Virus record (IMG/VR): IMGVR_UViG_3300037466_003153 | Coordinates: 1 to 25,252 of that record | From: a virus | Taxonomy: Duplodnaviria > Heunggongvirae > Uroviricota > Caudoviricetes | Length of the DNA stretch: 25,252 nucleotides | Direction: 5' to 3' (one strand) | In this document: piece by piece, positions 8,582 through 17,464 of the stretch | Layout: every line of letters starts with the position of its first letter | Numbering within the stretch: the stretch's first letter is position 1 | Program-made: the position numbers and the translations under genes | The notes under the pieces: generated by a model | Database searches by the model: none | Told to the model about the DNA's origin: nothing | Seen by the model: only the letters and a program-made list of their open reading frames with translations

Positions 8582-10129
8582 TTATTCCCCAATTTTGATG
8601 CCTTTACCGACACCGTATAGATTTTGTAGAGCATTTAATTTTGCCAAGTTTTGTGCTGCAGTATCACTATTCATACCGCTTCCATTAAACAAATCAAATT
8701 TATAAAGATCTGGATTATAAAGATAATTTGTAAGTGGATTTGCCTGACTTTCATATGCTGCTTTTTGTGTTGCAACAGCTTGATTGTAAGCATCCGTATC
8801 AAAGTGTTTGAAGTTATCAAAAGCTCCAGCTTGTGATGGATCAGTTAAAAGTGTTGGATCAACATTAGCTAATTTTGATAGTGCTTGATAACGTGCATAA
8901 TCATCAGCGGAAGCAACGTTTTGTTTAGTTGCATCCAAATTACGTAAATAAGCATTTGTATCAACACCATAATTTTCAATGTCTCTAACACCAGGAACAT
9001 TTTGTAATGTTTTATATGCATTAGAAAATTCATCATTAAGTTGGTCCATAGAGAGCTGACCGCCAGCATTTGCAACATCTTTTAAGAACTTATCTTGAAA
9101 TGGTTGATTCCAAGCAGCTAACGCAGCTTGTGCTGAAGGTGAACCAGCATAAGCTTGACCATCATTCTTATAAACAGAGTCAGTATAAAGTCTTCCTGTA
9201 TCTGATGCTTGTAAACCTAATAATTTGGCATCATCAGCAGAAATTGTTCCATTTTTTAATTCACTAGCAAGACGTTGATTGAGTGCATTACCTTGATCAA
9301 CTTTAGCTTGAAGTGCTGCATCTTGGTCAGAGAAAGCTTTATTTAAAGCGCCTTGTGTTTGTTGCTTTGTATCAGCAGCTTCATTTTGATAGAGCTGAGC
9401 TTTTGCTTGAGCTTGGGTATTTGCTTGATTAACTGTATTTTGTGCTTGATTTCCAAGTACGCGAGCATTGTTAAGTTGTTTAACTTGATTTGGATCGTTT
9501 TGTAAGAATACGTTATCAAGTTTTTGTTGTCCTGCAGAATAGGTAGGACGATTGAACATTTGACGCAATGAATTAAAACGTCCTTGTTCTGTTCCAAGCT
9601 GAGAAGTTGTATCATTAATGTTCTGAGCTTGGACTTGAAGTTTTGGTGTGTCTTGAAGCTGAGTTGGTCCTTGATAAGAGGCATCTCTCATTTGATTGAA
9701 CTTGTTAACATCTTCTGTATTATTTACAGCAGTCGTTGCATTATTGATGGTGTTGTTAACAAAGTTTGCATCGTATTGACGACGATTTTGATCAGCTTGT
9801 GTATTAAAATTTTGTTGTGCAGTTTGAACGTTATTATTCAAATTCTGATTTTGTTGTTGAACGTTATTAACAATTTTACCACCAAGACCGGTGCCTTGAT
9901 TGAAGTTTTTGTTAGCATTCAAATAATTGGTAATGTTAGTGAAACGTCCAGAACTGGTGCCAGTAGGATTACCAGATTGTGTAGTTGAACTTCCAGAAGA
10001 CGCACCAATAGGTGCAGTGCTGTTACCCGCGTTCATAGTTGTGCCAGCAGAAACAGGTTGAGTAGAACCACTTTGATCTTGGTTCTGCTGATCTTTGTCT
10101 TTATCTGATGGATTATATACTACAGCCAC
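8582..10129 (-). CDS. Asn/Gln-rich virion protein, putative ejection protein
   Basis: 515 aa; GTG start with SD AGGAGA at 10135-10140; low-complexity N/Q/T composition; located between the tail genes and the other ejection genes. Confidence 0.65.
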   Translation of the reverse strand: MAVVYNPSDKDKDQQNQDQSGSTQPVSAGTTMNAGNSTAPIGASSGSSTTQSGNPTGTSSGRFTNITNYLNANKNFNQGTGLGGKIVNNVQQQNQNLNNNVQTAQQNFNTQADQNRRQYDANFVNNTINNATTAVNNTEDVNKFNQMRDASYQGPTQLQDTPKLQVQAQNINDTTSQLGTEQGRFNSLRQMFNRPTYSAGQQKLDNVFLQNDPNQVKQLNNARVLGNQAQNTVNQANTQAQAKAQLYQNEAADTKQQTQGALNKAFSDQDAALQAKVDQGNALNQRLASELKNGTISADDAKLLGLQASDTGRLYTDSVYKNDGQAYAGSPSAQAALAAWNQPFQDKFLKDVANAGGQLSMDQLNDEFSNAYKTLQNVPGVRDIENYGVDTNAYLRNLDATKQNVASADDYARYQALSKLANVDPTLLTDPSQAGAFDNFKHFDTDAYNQAVATQKAAYESQANPLTNYLYNPDLYKFDLFNGSGMNSDTAAQNLAKLNALQNLYGVGKGIKIGE

Positions 10130-10146
10130 ACTATTCTCCTATTATA

Positions 10147-10155
10147 AGTTGTTAA
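10147..10155 (-). promoter_or_regulatory. TTAACAACT motif, copy 6 (candidate late promoter)
   Basis: TTAACAACT-TATAAT-AGGAGA upstream of the 8582-10129 gene. The TAA stop of the upstream gene lies inside the motif. Confidence 0.65.
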
Positions 10156-10565
10156 CCTTTTGAGAGTACCGTCAATCTATATTTATTATTTGCTGGTAAT
10201 CCTGTAATATGGTTAACCGTAATAACTTGGTTATTCTGATCGAACGTAATAAAAGGCGCTCCAGTAGGATAAGTACTTGGATTTGTTAAATTAACTGCTC
10301 TTTCAACTGTAATGCCTCTAATTTTGCCAGTAAACGAAACTTTGAATTGAGTCGTGTTAATAGGAATTCCACTAGCATTAACGGTCACTTCAATGTCTTT
10401 GTATTCCATTTTCAAATTATCATCGACTGTGAAGTTCTTATTAAATGCGTTAATAACTTCTTCAGCAAAGATGTTAATAGACCCACCGATAGCATCAATA
10501 AGTTCTTGATCTTCGGCTTTGAAATTCTCTTTTACGATGCGCTTAAAGCTTTGTAATTTGGCCAT
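10152..10565 (-). CDS. Small tail-associated structural protein
   Basis: 137 aa, with a helical N-terminus and a beta-rich C-terminus; immediately follows the nozzle gene. Confidence 0.6.
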   Translation of the reverse strand: MAKLQSFKRIVKENFKAEDQELIDAIGGSINIFAEEVINAFNKNFTVDDNLKMEYKDIEVTVNASGIPINTTQFKVSFTGKIRGITVERAVNLTNPSTYPTGAPFITFDQNNQVITVNHITGLPANNKYRLTVLSKG

Positions 10566-10570
10566 AAACG

Positions 10571-13500
10571 TTACCTATAAGCTCTTGTGCTGGTAGGGTT
10601 ACTGGTTAGAGAAAGACCGTATATAGCGAAAGTCTCGCGTGCTGTACTGTGTTCGAAACGGCAATGGATGTATCTACAACGTTGTTTATTTCTAGGAATA
10701 TAAGTACGGATAGGAATGGAGTTACCTTCACCACCGTAGTTATTAGCTCCATATAAAGCATCGGCATAGCCGAAACTTCCATTACCACTTCCATTGAAGT
10801 TAATAACATCGAAACCTGGCTCTAAGTCACTAGCGTAAGCTACAGATGCTTCAGAGAAGTTGTTCTTATCGAAGATAATAGTAGCTTCTGACACCTGTTT
10901 CATCATAGATGGGTCACCAAATGTTTGAGGTGCCCATTGGACGATAGTATCGATGTGTTTATAAATAGTGAGTGGGCCTGGAACAAAAGGATACGCAAAC
11001 AAAGTTGTAACTTTATTTGTTGAAGTATCTACATCAGCAATCACAACTTCATAACTAGAAGTTCCTGTTGAAGTTAGATAGTTGAAGAATGATACTCCAG
11101 TGTCGGCATTAAGTTTATTAACAATGACATTGAAAGCACTTTGTTGATCGATTAGTGAAGTTGAATATCCTGAAATGGAAGAAAGATAATCACTATCGGC
11201 AACACCAGTGTCATTATCAAGTTTTGTTGCAAGATCATTTAATTTAGTTCTTAAATCATTACCTGCCATTGCTTGAAGAGTTGTAAAATAATCACTATCA
11301 TTAACACCAATGTCATTATCAAGTTTAATAAGTAATCTATTAAACTGAGCAATAGTGAGATATTGAGTTTGGATAATTACGTCACGAGCTTCAACGTTAT
11401 TGACAGTTGGGAAGCTAATGATTGTATCGTTAATACTATCTGGACCAATAGTTACACTAAATTCCCTATCAGCATAGTCTGTACGATCGAAAGATTTTCT
11501 TTCTTGTTCGATATAATTAACATCATTTGCTCCAAGATACATTTTATCATCAGCTGTATTAATTACTGCACAACTTACAGCTTTATCGATGTTTGTCCAA
11601 GAGTTGGTGAAAGTATTATAACGCAAACATTGAGTAGCTTTTGTGTCAGAAGGATTTGAAACAGTCCATAAATAATAACTACGGTCTGATTCATATGAAC
11701 ATCCAAAAGACGCAGTTTTGTAATTTGGATAAGTTGGCGTGTTAAGTTTCAATAAATCACCTTCGATTGGACGTGAAATAATTGAAACACCGGTGTCTGA
11801 AACAGTTGCAACACCTTGGTCAGATAGAAGATAGATTTGGTTGTTCAAAACAGCAGCAGAGTCTGGAGCTGTTAGAATTGTGGAGCTATCGAACAAGTTT
11901 AATACGAATGGAGCAACATCACCAGATACACGATAGATACCTTCTTCTTTGAAGACGAATAAGCTATCACGCAAAGCAACAATCCTTAGAATCTTTTTAT
12001 CACGAGGACCAACATCAAAGTAATTAAGTAGAGGAACTGCTTCAGGTTGATCTTTTTTTGAATAATAAATACGATTTGCAACTACTTCATTATCTGAAAT
12101 AACTGTGCTTCCAGAAGTAGGAAGAGTTGGTGAAAATTCTTGTCCTGTAGTTGTATTATTTACGGTAAAATGGAATGCATTATCAGCAAGCGACTTAGAT
12201 TCGAATAAGATAAGACCTGGGACATCAGTAGGTCCAGAAAGATAATAAGCATACACAATACCATTTGGATCAAGATTGATGACATGTACTAGAGATCTTG
12301 CAGTTTCATCAACTTGCTGAGCAGGAGTATCAAGTGTAGAAATAAGAACTTTTCTATTTACATCATCTTCTACGGTAGAAAAAGTGTAAGTTCTTGTTGT
12401 AGTTCCATTTGAAATGCTAAATGTGGAAGTATCGGCAACAAGATCAACTACAGATAACAAAGAAAGTTGTTTTCTTTGCTTTGTTTTGGTGTTGGCATAC
12501 ATTAAACAGTTTTTGAATAATGCAATATCTTTAGCAAAAGGAGGAACCTCATTAGCCTGAGCAATACCTTCACCGCTATTAGGATTGGTATAAAGATTTG
12601 CACCCCTAAAGCTATCTGGAGTAATATCTTGAACAGTGATAGATCCTGCGGTAATTTCTGATGAGGTAGGATTGTCTTCAAAAACAAGTCCCATTTCATC
12701 ACCTGGATCAAGATCAGATAAAGTACTTGCATCTGTACTTGTAGAAAGAGCAGTACGATATATTTGATAGAAGTGAGCAGTTGTAATATTTGAAGGAATT
12801 GTAAAACTTAAATTAACAGTAGCACTTTGTGTAGAACCGCTATTATTAAAAATTGTAGCGCTAGGTACAATTCCAGAAGGTTCAACTTGTAAATCCTCAA
12901 CAATAGCATCATAATATTCTTGCATACTGGTGAGTTCGCCAGAAGTTGGAACTTGTGAAAGTGCAACAGGTTGAGTAATGTTAGTATATTTTTTACGTGT
13001 AACAACACCTGCTGTATCTGCTGTAGGACCAGCATATGGGGAAGTAAAAGTACCAGCAAATGTAACGCTATCGTTTGTTAAGGTTGTAGTCGTAACCGAT
13101 AAAATTGTAAAAGTTCCATTTAGTTCAGTATCGCCAAGTCCAGAGATACTAATTTTATCACCAACTTGAAGGAAAGTAGAAACATTTTGATTGAATTGAA
13201 TTTTTGCACTACTAGTTGTCGGTTTGAAACGATTTGCTGTATTAATTGCACCTTCTGTAATAACTGTATCGTTATCAAGTTTTGTTGTTAATGCAATTAA
13301 GCTAGTTCTTAATGTGCTTGCTGGACTATTTACTGATACCGAAAGAGAAGAGTGATAATTTCCATCACTAATACCACCTGGAGTATTGACAGTATCAAGT
13401 AGGGTAAGTAAATTATTAAAATCTGTAATGAGGAGATCAGTGAGTGGATTTACAATAACAGCACGTTCACTAGGATATCCAAGGATAAGATTGTTATTTG

Positions 13501-14017
13501 CATCCTTAATACCCCAAACAATACGATAAGCAATAGTGCTTTCTTGTGAGAAAAATCCTGACTGACTATTTAAGGATAGTTTTGTATCAAGAGCTTTAAC
13601 TCCACCAGAGTTTGTTACTGTAGCACTTCCTAAAGTTGATGAATCGGAAGCTGAAATCTTTTTAATACCATCAGAAGTTGTGAAATAAAGATTACCATTG
13701 GCTTCAACGCCTTTAATTCTCAATCCATCTTGAGCTTCTGAATAAGTTCCTGAGAAAGAAGTGTATGTGCCGTTACCATCATCAAATTGAAGTGTATTTC
13801 CAAAATATCTAAGAATACGGTTTTTGTAGGTTAGGAGTTGTTTTGCATTGGATGTCATCACATCGCCATAGAGTTTAAATCCACGACGAGATTCAATTAC
13901 ACCATCCTTGTTAATAACAACATTATGAGCTTGTACTAAAGAACCTTGAGGTGCTTCAGAAAGAAGATTGGGATAGGTGTATAAACCCTTTGCTCTTAAA
14001 AGTACGTTTTGTGACAT
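10571..14017 (-). CDS. Tail nozzle / tubular protein B (P22 gp10 / T7 gp12-like) with inserted domains
   Basis: N-terminal KGLYTYPN...AHNVVINKDGVIESRRG, beta-propeller-type segments (IVALRDSLFVFKEEGIYRVSG, AAVLNNQIYLLSDQGV) and C-terminal RCRYIHCRFEH...IYGLSLT. Follows the adaptor gene. Confidence 0.75.
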   Translation of the reverse strand: MSQNVLLRAKGLYTYPNLLSEAPQGSLVQAHNVVINKDGVIESRRGFKLYGDVMTSNAKQLLTYKNRILRYFGNTLQFDDGNGTYTSFSGTYSEAQDGLRIKGVEANGNLYFTTSDGIKKISASDSSTLGSATVTNSGGVKALDTKLSLNSQSGFFSQESTIAYRIVWGIKDANNNLILGYPSERAVIVNPLTDLLITDFNNLLTLLDTVNTPGGISDGNYHSSLSVSVNSPASTLRTSLIALTTKLDNDTVITEGAINTANRFKPTTSSAKIQFNQNVSTFLQVGDKISISGLGDTELNGTFTILSVTTTTLTNDSVTFAGTFTSPYAGPTADTAGVVTRKKYTNITQPVALSQVPTSGELTSMQEYYDAIVEDLQVEPSGIVPSATIFNNSGSTQSATVNLSFTIPSNITTAHFYQIYRTALSTSTDASTLSDLDPGDEMGLVFEDNPTSSEITAGSITVQDITPDSFRGANLYTNPNSGEGIAQANEVPPFAKDIALFKNCLMYANTKTKQRKQLSLLSVVDLVADTSTFSISNGTTTRTYTFSTVEDDVNRKVLISTLDTPAQQVDETARSLVHVINLDPNGIVYAYYLSGPTDVPGLILFESKSLADNAFHFTVNNTTTGQEFSPTLPTSGSTVISDNEVVANRIYYSKKDQPEAVPLLNYFDVGPRDKKILRIVALRDSLFVFKEEGIYRVSGDVAPFVLNLFDSSTILTAPDSAAVLNNQIYLLSDQGVATVSDTGVSIISRPIEGDLLKLNTPTYPNYKTASFGCSYESDRSYYLWTVSNPSDTKATQCLRYNTFTNSWTNIDKAVSCAVINTADDKMYLGANDVNYIEQERKSFDRTDYADREFSVTIGPDSINDTIISFPTVNNVEARDVIIQTQYLTIAQFNRLLIKLDNDIGVNDSDYFTTLQAMAGNDLRTKLNDLATKLDNDTGVADSDYLSSISGYSTSLIDQQSAFNVIVNKLNADTGVSFFNYLTSTGTSSYEVVIADVDTSTNKVTTLFAYPFVPGPLTIYKHIDTIVQWAPQTFGDPSMMKQVSEATIIFDKNNFSEASVAYASDLEPGFDVINFNGSGNGSFGYADALYGANNYGGEGNSIPIRTYIPRNKQRCRYIHCRFEHSTARETFAIYGLSLTSNPTSTRAYR
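11093..11340 (-). repeat. Three ~34-36 aa coding repeats (KLDND-x-GV-x-DSDY) in the nozzle protein
   Basis: KLDNDIGVNDSDY, KLDNDTGVADSDY and KLNADTGVSFFNY. The DNA GTCATTATCAAGTTT recurs at a 102-nt spacing (about 11210 and 11312). A further KLDNDT lies near 13270. Confidence 0.7.
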
Positions 14018-14020
14018 AGA

Positions 14021-14986
14021 TTAAAACCATCTTCTTCGTCTCATGAGAGAACCATGTAAGAGTCCTCTACGGTTTACGATTTTTGTAGGACTTCCTTCGG
14101 CTCTATTATCGATAAGGCCAATGGTTTTTAATTCCATTTCTTGAAGCTTAGCATTTGCGTTTTGTAATCCTTGAGTGTCACCAAGAGCTTCTAAACAGCG
14201 AGCAGCAACACGTTGCGCTAACACTGCATGAAGATCAGAAGGACATTGAGGAATCATACATTCGCCAGCAAAAGCAATATGATCACCAATTTCAGTTTCA
14301 CTATCAACATCGCTGGTATTAAATGTAATTGTCTTATTAATTGTGTTTACATTTTGTGCAACAATATCAAAATTGCGAATCTTATGACCTGGTTTTGCTT
14401 GGAGTAAATCAAGGGTTGAAGTTCCAGCAATCATACCAGTTGGAACGCCATCTACAGTGTATGTAGTAGTTCCAGCAACGTCATCGGTTGTAATGTTAGT
14501 AATAATCGCAACTCTATTTTCAGCTACAAGATCGCTTGGTCTAAGATAATAGGTAACTACCAAAGATCCATTTACAGAAGGACCAACATCGGGAGTAAGG
14601 ACAATGTTATTTCCTTCGATGTAGTAGAAGAGATAATTACTGTTACCGCCAAATTGCTGATATAAAGACTTATCTTCAGGAAGAATTCTAGACATTTCTA
14701 CAAGATTACCATTGGTATCTTTATAAAAAAGATCTCTAATTTTACTTCCAACAGATCGATAAGGAATTTGGTATTTGGATTTATTTGCTTGTAAAGTAAT
14801 AGTTTGAGGATAAACATAAAATTCTTCGTGAAGTTGAAGAATAGAAGGTAACAATCCTATTTTTAATTCTTCGTTAGCAAACGCAAGAAAGTCTGCATCT
14901 GTAAAGGTGTTTTGATTCGAAGGAATCATTGCCTTACGTTTAATAGCAGAAATCAAACTATCGGAAGTCAAATATCCAACACTCAT
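14021..14986 (-). CDS. Head-tail adaptor / tail tubular protein A (P22 gp4 / T7 gp11-like)
   Basis: N-terminal LISAIKRKAMIPSNQNTFTDADFLAFANEE helical motif, Y-x-IP...VTYYLRPSDL and C-terminal IPQCPSDLHAVLAQRVAARCLEALGD helices. Lies directly upstream of the nozzle. Confidence 0.75.
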   Translation of the reverse strand: MSVGYLTSDSLISAIKRKAMIPSNQNTFTDADFLAFANEELKIGLLPSILQLHEEFYVYPQTITLQANKSKYQIPYRSVGSKIRDLFYKDTNGNLVEMSRILPEDKSLYQQFGGNSNYLFYYIEGNNIVLTPDVGPSVNGSLVVTYYLRPSDLVAENRVAIITNITTDDVAGTTTYTVDGVPTGMIAGTSTLDLLQAKPGHKIRNFDIVAQNVNTINKTITFNTSDVDSETEIGDHIAFAGECMIPQCPSDLHAVLAQRVAARCLEALGDTQGLQNANAKLQEMELKTIGLIDNRAEGSPTKIVNRRGLLHGSLMRRRRWF

Positions 14987-15011
14987 TTAATATCCTTTAA
15001 ATTGGAAGGAA

Positions 15012-15425
15012 TTACTTCATCAATTTCTTAGTAAGAGCTTCTTTCAATTCTTGAATTTTAGCTTCGATTTCTTCAGGTGACATATCTTCTGGATCTTTTT
15101 CTTCAGAATCGTCATCAGAACCCATATCAGCCATTGCGTCTTCGGCTTTTTCTTCTTCTGGAGATTCAGAAGCTTCTTCAGCATCAGATCCTTCTGGAGC
15201 TTTACCAGCTAGAAGTTCTTTAGCTTTGTCTAAACCTTCTTTAAGACCAGAAGTATCATCAGAAGCTACGGTAACTTTCTTGAGTCCGTGAAGGTCATTA
15301 CCCATCATTTTACCCATTTCACCGTGGAGATCTTGAAGAACTCCCATTTTTGCCTTTTTGTATTCAGGATCAAGAGCTTCGCCCTTTTTCTTAGCCATTA
15401 ATTTTGCGAGCATGTTACTATCCAT
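15012..15425 (-). CDS. Acidic hypothetical protein (possible internal head or assembly protein)
   Basis: 137 aa with a D/E-rich disordered middle (ESPEEEKAE) and C-terminal helix EEIEAKIQELKEAL; SD AGGAG. Confidence 0.7.
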   Translation of the reverse strand: MDSNMLAKLMAKKKGEALDPEYKKAKMGVLQDLHGEMGKMMGNDLHGLKKVTVASDDTSGLKEGLDKAKELLAGKAPEGSDAEEASESPEEEKAEDAMADMGSDDDSEEKDPEDMSPEEIEAKIQELKEALTKKLMK

Positions 15426-15446
15426 TTTAATTTTACTCCTATAATA

Positions 15447-15455
15447 AGTTGTTAA
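15447..15455 (-). promoter_or_regulatory. TTAACAACT motif, copy 5 (candidate late promoter)
   Basis: TTAACAACT-TATTAT-AGGAG upstream of 15425 and just downstream of a hairpin. Confidence 0.65.
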
Positions 15456-15474
15456 TTATCTTATGTTATTAAAT

Positions 15475-15501
15475 GGCTTCCCTCATTTTAAGAAGGAAGC
15501 C
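15475..15501 (-). terminator. Stem-loop after the second fibre gene (probable intrinsic terminator, weak U-tract)
   Basis: The - strand reads GGCTTCCTTC-TTAAAAT-GAGGGAAGCC (10 bp with one G-U pair), followed by ATTTAAT. Confidence 0.55.
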
Positions 15502-15521
15502 TTAAAGTTATTATCTTTCTA

Positions 15522-17453
15522 TTAGTTGCTGACCTTGGTGATTGAGAAAAACGAAGCGGTGTCAGTACTTGATGGGACTCCATCTGTATGTGCTCTAACA
15601 ACGTCGCCACTACGCAAGATAAGAGTTTTATTGAACTCGTTAAACGCGTTTACAGCTCCGAATTGACCTGATTGAGTCATGCCCCTATAACCAGCAGCAT
15701 AAGTTAAGGAGTCAATAGCAGTTGTTGGTGCTGTAGTACTTACCGAGATGCCGTGACGACCGGTTGTTCCGCTGCACCTGTCAACGTAAGAAATCGCATA
15801 AACGCCATCCTCATTGATTGTAAAAGAGCCGCCGAGAGTCGCGCTATCTGTGTATGTGATGGCCGTTCCGGTGTTCGCTTGTACAGTGGTAAATCTGCGA
15901 ATCTTTGTGTTCGTTGAACCGTAACCGTTAGGAGTATCTACATAGACCTCGCTTCTCGGCGCTTGAACCCCGACAGCCAAGGCGTTTTCGGAAACAGTTA
16001 CATCGAAATATGCGGAGCTTTGTCCACTAACTATGTCGTTTACACCGGCCTGATGGCCAGTAGTTCCGCTATAAAAACGGAATGGAGAAACGACAAGAAT
16101 GCCTGTGGTCGGGTCATAACTTGTGACGTAACCATAGTCTAAATTACCCGAGCCGCCTGTCTTTGGTGAAGCATCAAAATAGCCAGTTCTGCCACTCGTT
16201 CCGTACCAATCAACTCTTACGTTTTTATTTTTCCCTACAAAGATTTCATATCGAGTTGGGCTATTTGCCGTATCAGCCGATGAATACGCATTTCCTGCGT
16301 AAATCTTGATACCGTCCGATGCGGTCGGTGCGGTTGTTGGAGCGCCGCTTGTTTCGGTGAAAGTGTTCGCGTTCGCGTTTCTCAGGTAACTTCTATACTG
16401 CCCGAGCGCGGTCGGCGCAGTACCAGTGACCCTGCTCCCATTCGCCAAGTAGCTTGAGATGCGGAAGGTCGATGAGTTGGCCATGGTGACATTGGATGAC
16501 CAGCCTGCGATTGGCACCTTTGCCCACAACGAGATTGCCGACGATGAGCTAAAAATAGAAGTTGAAGTTTGTTCTGTTAAGTTATTAAGACTCGAACCGT
16601 TACCCACGCCGCCGAAACTCAGATTGCTCGTCTGTCCATTCGCAACGAAAACGTAAGTTGCATTGACGTTTCCAGAAGTCACTGTAACCGCATCGGTAGT
16701 ATGACCAACAATTGAGCCAGATGAGCTAAGTTTAGTTGTATCGAACAAATAAGGTGATGGAATACTTACGCGAGCAACTGATGCGGCGACCGAACCAGGC
16801 GTAAATGTTCCCATGATTTCCATGGTGTCGCCAACTTGTCGCCATTGGAAAAACACATTGGTTGGAGTTCCAAAGTTCGTAAACGTTGGGGTATATTGTT
16901 GCCAACCGCTCCCGGCCATTCCTTGAATTGCTTGTTGAGCAGAAACGCTAACATTATCTATTTTAATATTCGCAGTACTAGATACAGATTGATTGATTAT
17001 TAGTCTATAGGATGTGCTGTTAGAATTTGTAGGAAAAGTAGCTAAAAATGTTCCTTGTGAAACACTTGGAATTTGATAACCATAAGGTTGAATCATTTGG
17101 CTATTGGTTACATCATATACATAAACAGTATAGTCACCCGTAACCATAGTTCCAGAAGCGATAGCATAATCAAAGCTAATAGCTAATGTCTTCCCTTTAT
17201 CAGCAGCATCAATACTAAAATCGAAAGAAACGCCATTACCTAAAGCACCAGCTGTAATTAATCCAGACTTAGCTCCACGTAATGGAGAAGAAGTGGAAGC
17301 AGTTAATGTTAGAGTTGGACTACCACCTGTTCCATCTACAGGAGTTGCAGCACCATCTGCATACGTAGCATATCCAGTAGTGTCTACATCAAATGTACTA
17401 TTAGTTATGTAATTTTTAGCAGCGCTAGTAATTGTTAGATTAGTTAATGACAT
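15522..17453 (-). CDS. Tail fibre / receptor-binding protein 2 (C1q/BclA-like C-terminal domain)
   Basis: 643 aa, S/T/G-rich. KNYITNSTFD carbohydrate-binding-like jelly-roll, a WQQYTP beta module and C-terminal GSFTINEDGVYAISY...LILRSGDVVRAH...FSITKV. Paralogous to residues ~590-930 of the 1205-aa fibre. Confidence 0.75.
   Translation of the reverse strand: MSLTNLTITSAAKNYITNSTFDVDTTGYATYADGAATPVDGTGGSPTLTLTASTSSPLRGAKSGLITAGALGNGVSFDFSIDAADKGKTLAISFDYAIASGTMVTGDYTVYVYDVTNSQMIQPYGYQIPSVSQGTFLATFPTNSNSTSYRLIINQSVSSTANIKIDNVSVSAQQAIQGMAGSGWQQYTPTFTNFGTPTNVFFQWRQVGDTMEIMGTFTPGSVAASVARVSIPSPYLFDTTKLSSSGSIVGHTTDAVTVTSGNVNATYVFVANGQTSNLSFGGVGNGSSLNNLTEQTSTSIFSSSSAISLWAKVPIAGWSSNVTMANSSTFRISSYLANGSRVTGTAPTALGQYRSYLRNANANTFTETSGAPTTAPTASDGIKIYAGNAYSSADTANSPTRYEIFVGKNKNVRVDWYGTSGRTGYFDASPKTGGSGNLDYGYVTSYDPTTGILVVSPFRFYSGTTGHQAGVNDIVSGQSSAYFDVTVSENALAVGVQAPRSEVYVDTPNGYGSTNTKIRRFTTVQANTGTAITYTDSATLGGSFTINEDGVYAISYVDRCSGTTGRHGISVSTTAPTTAIDSLTYAAGYRGMTQSGQFGAVNAFNEFNKTLILRSGDVVRAHTDGVPSSTDTASFFSITKVSN
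16492..16514. repeat. 23-nt direct repeat, copy A (identical to 18351-18373)
   Basis: TTGGATGACCAGCCTGCGATTGG on the + strand; encodes PIAGWSSN in both fibre genes. Confidence 0.9.
16829..16847. repeat. 19-nt direct repeat, copy A (identical to 18673-18691)
   Basis: CGCCAACTTGTCGCCATTG on the + strand; encodes QWRQVG in both fibre genes. Confidence 0.9.
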
Positions 17454-17464
17454 AAATTATTCCT

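Noticed and set aside
9752-9759. Near match to the 9-mer (TTAACAAC-A on the - strand)
   Set aside because: It mismatches at the ninth base, lies mid-CDS and has no downstream SD or start; it is treated as chance.
14990-15012. TCCTT...AAGGA hairpin over the adaptor SD
   Set aside because: A 5-bp AT-rich stem is too weak to call; at most it reflects translational coupling.
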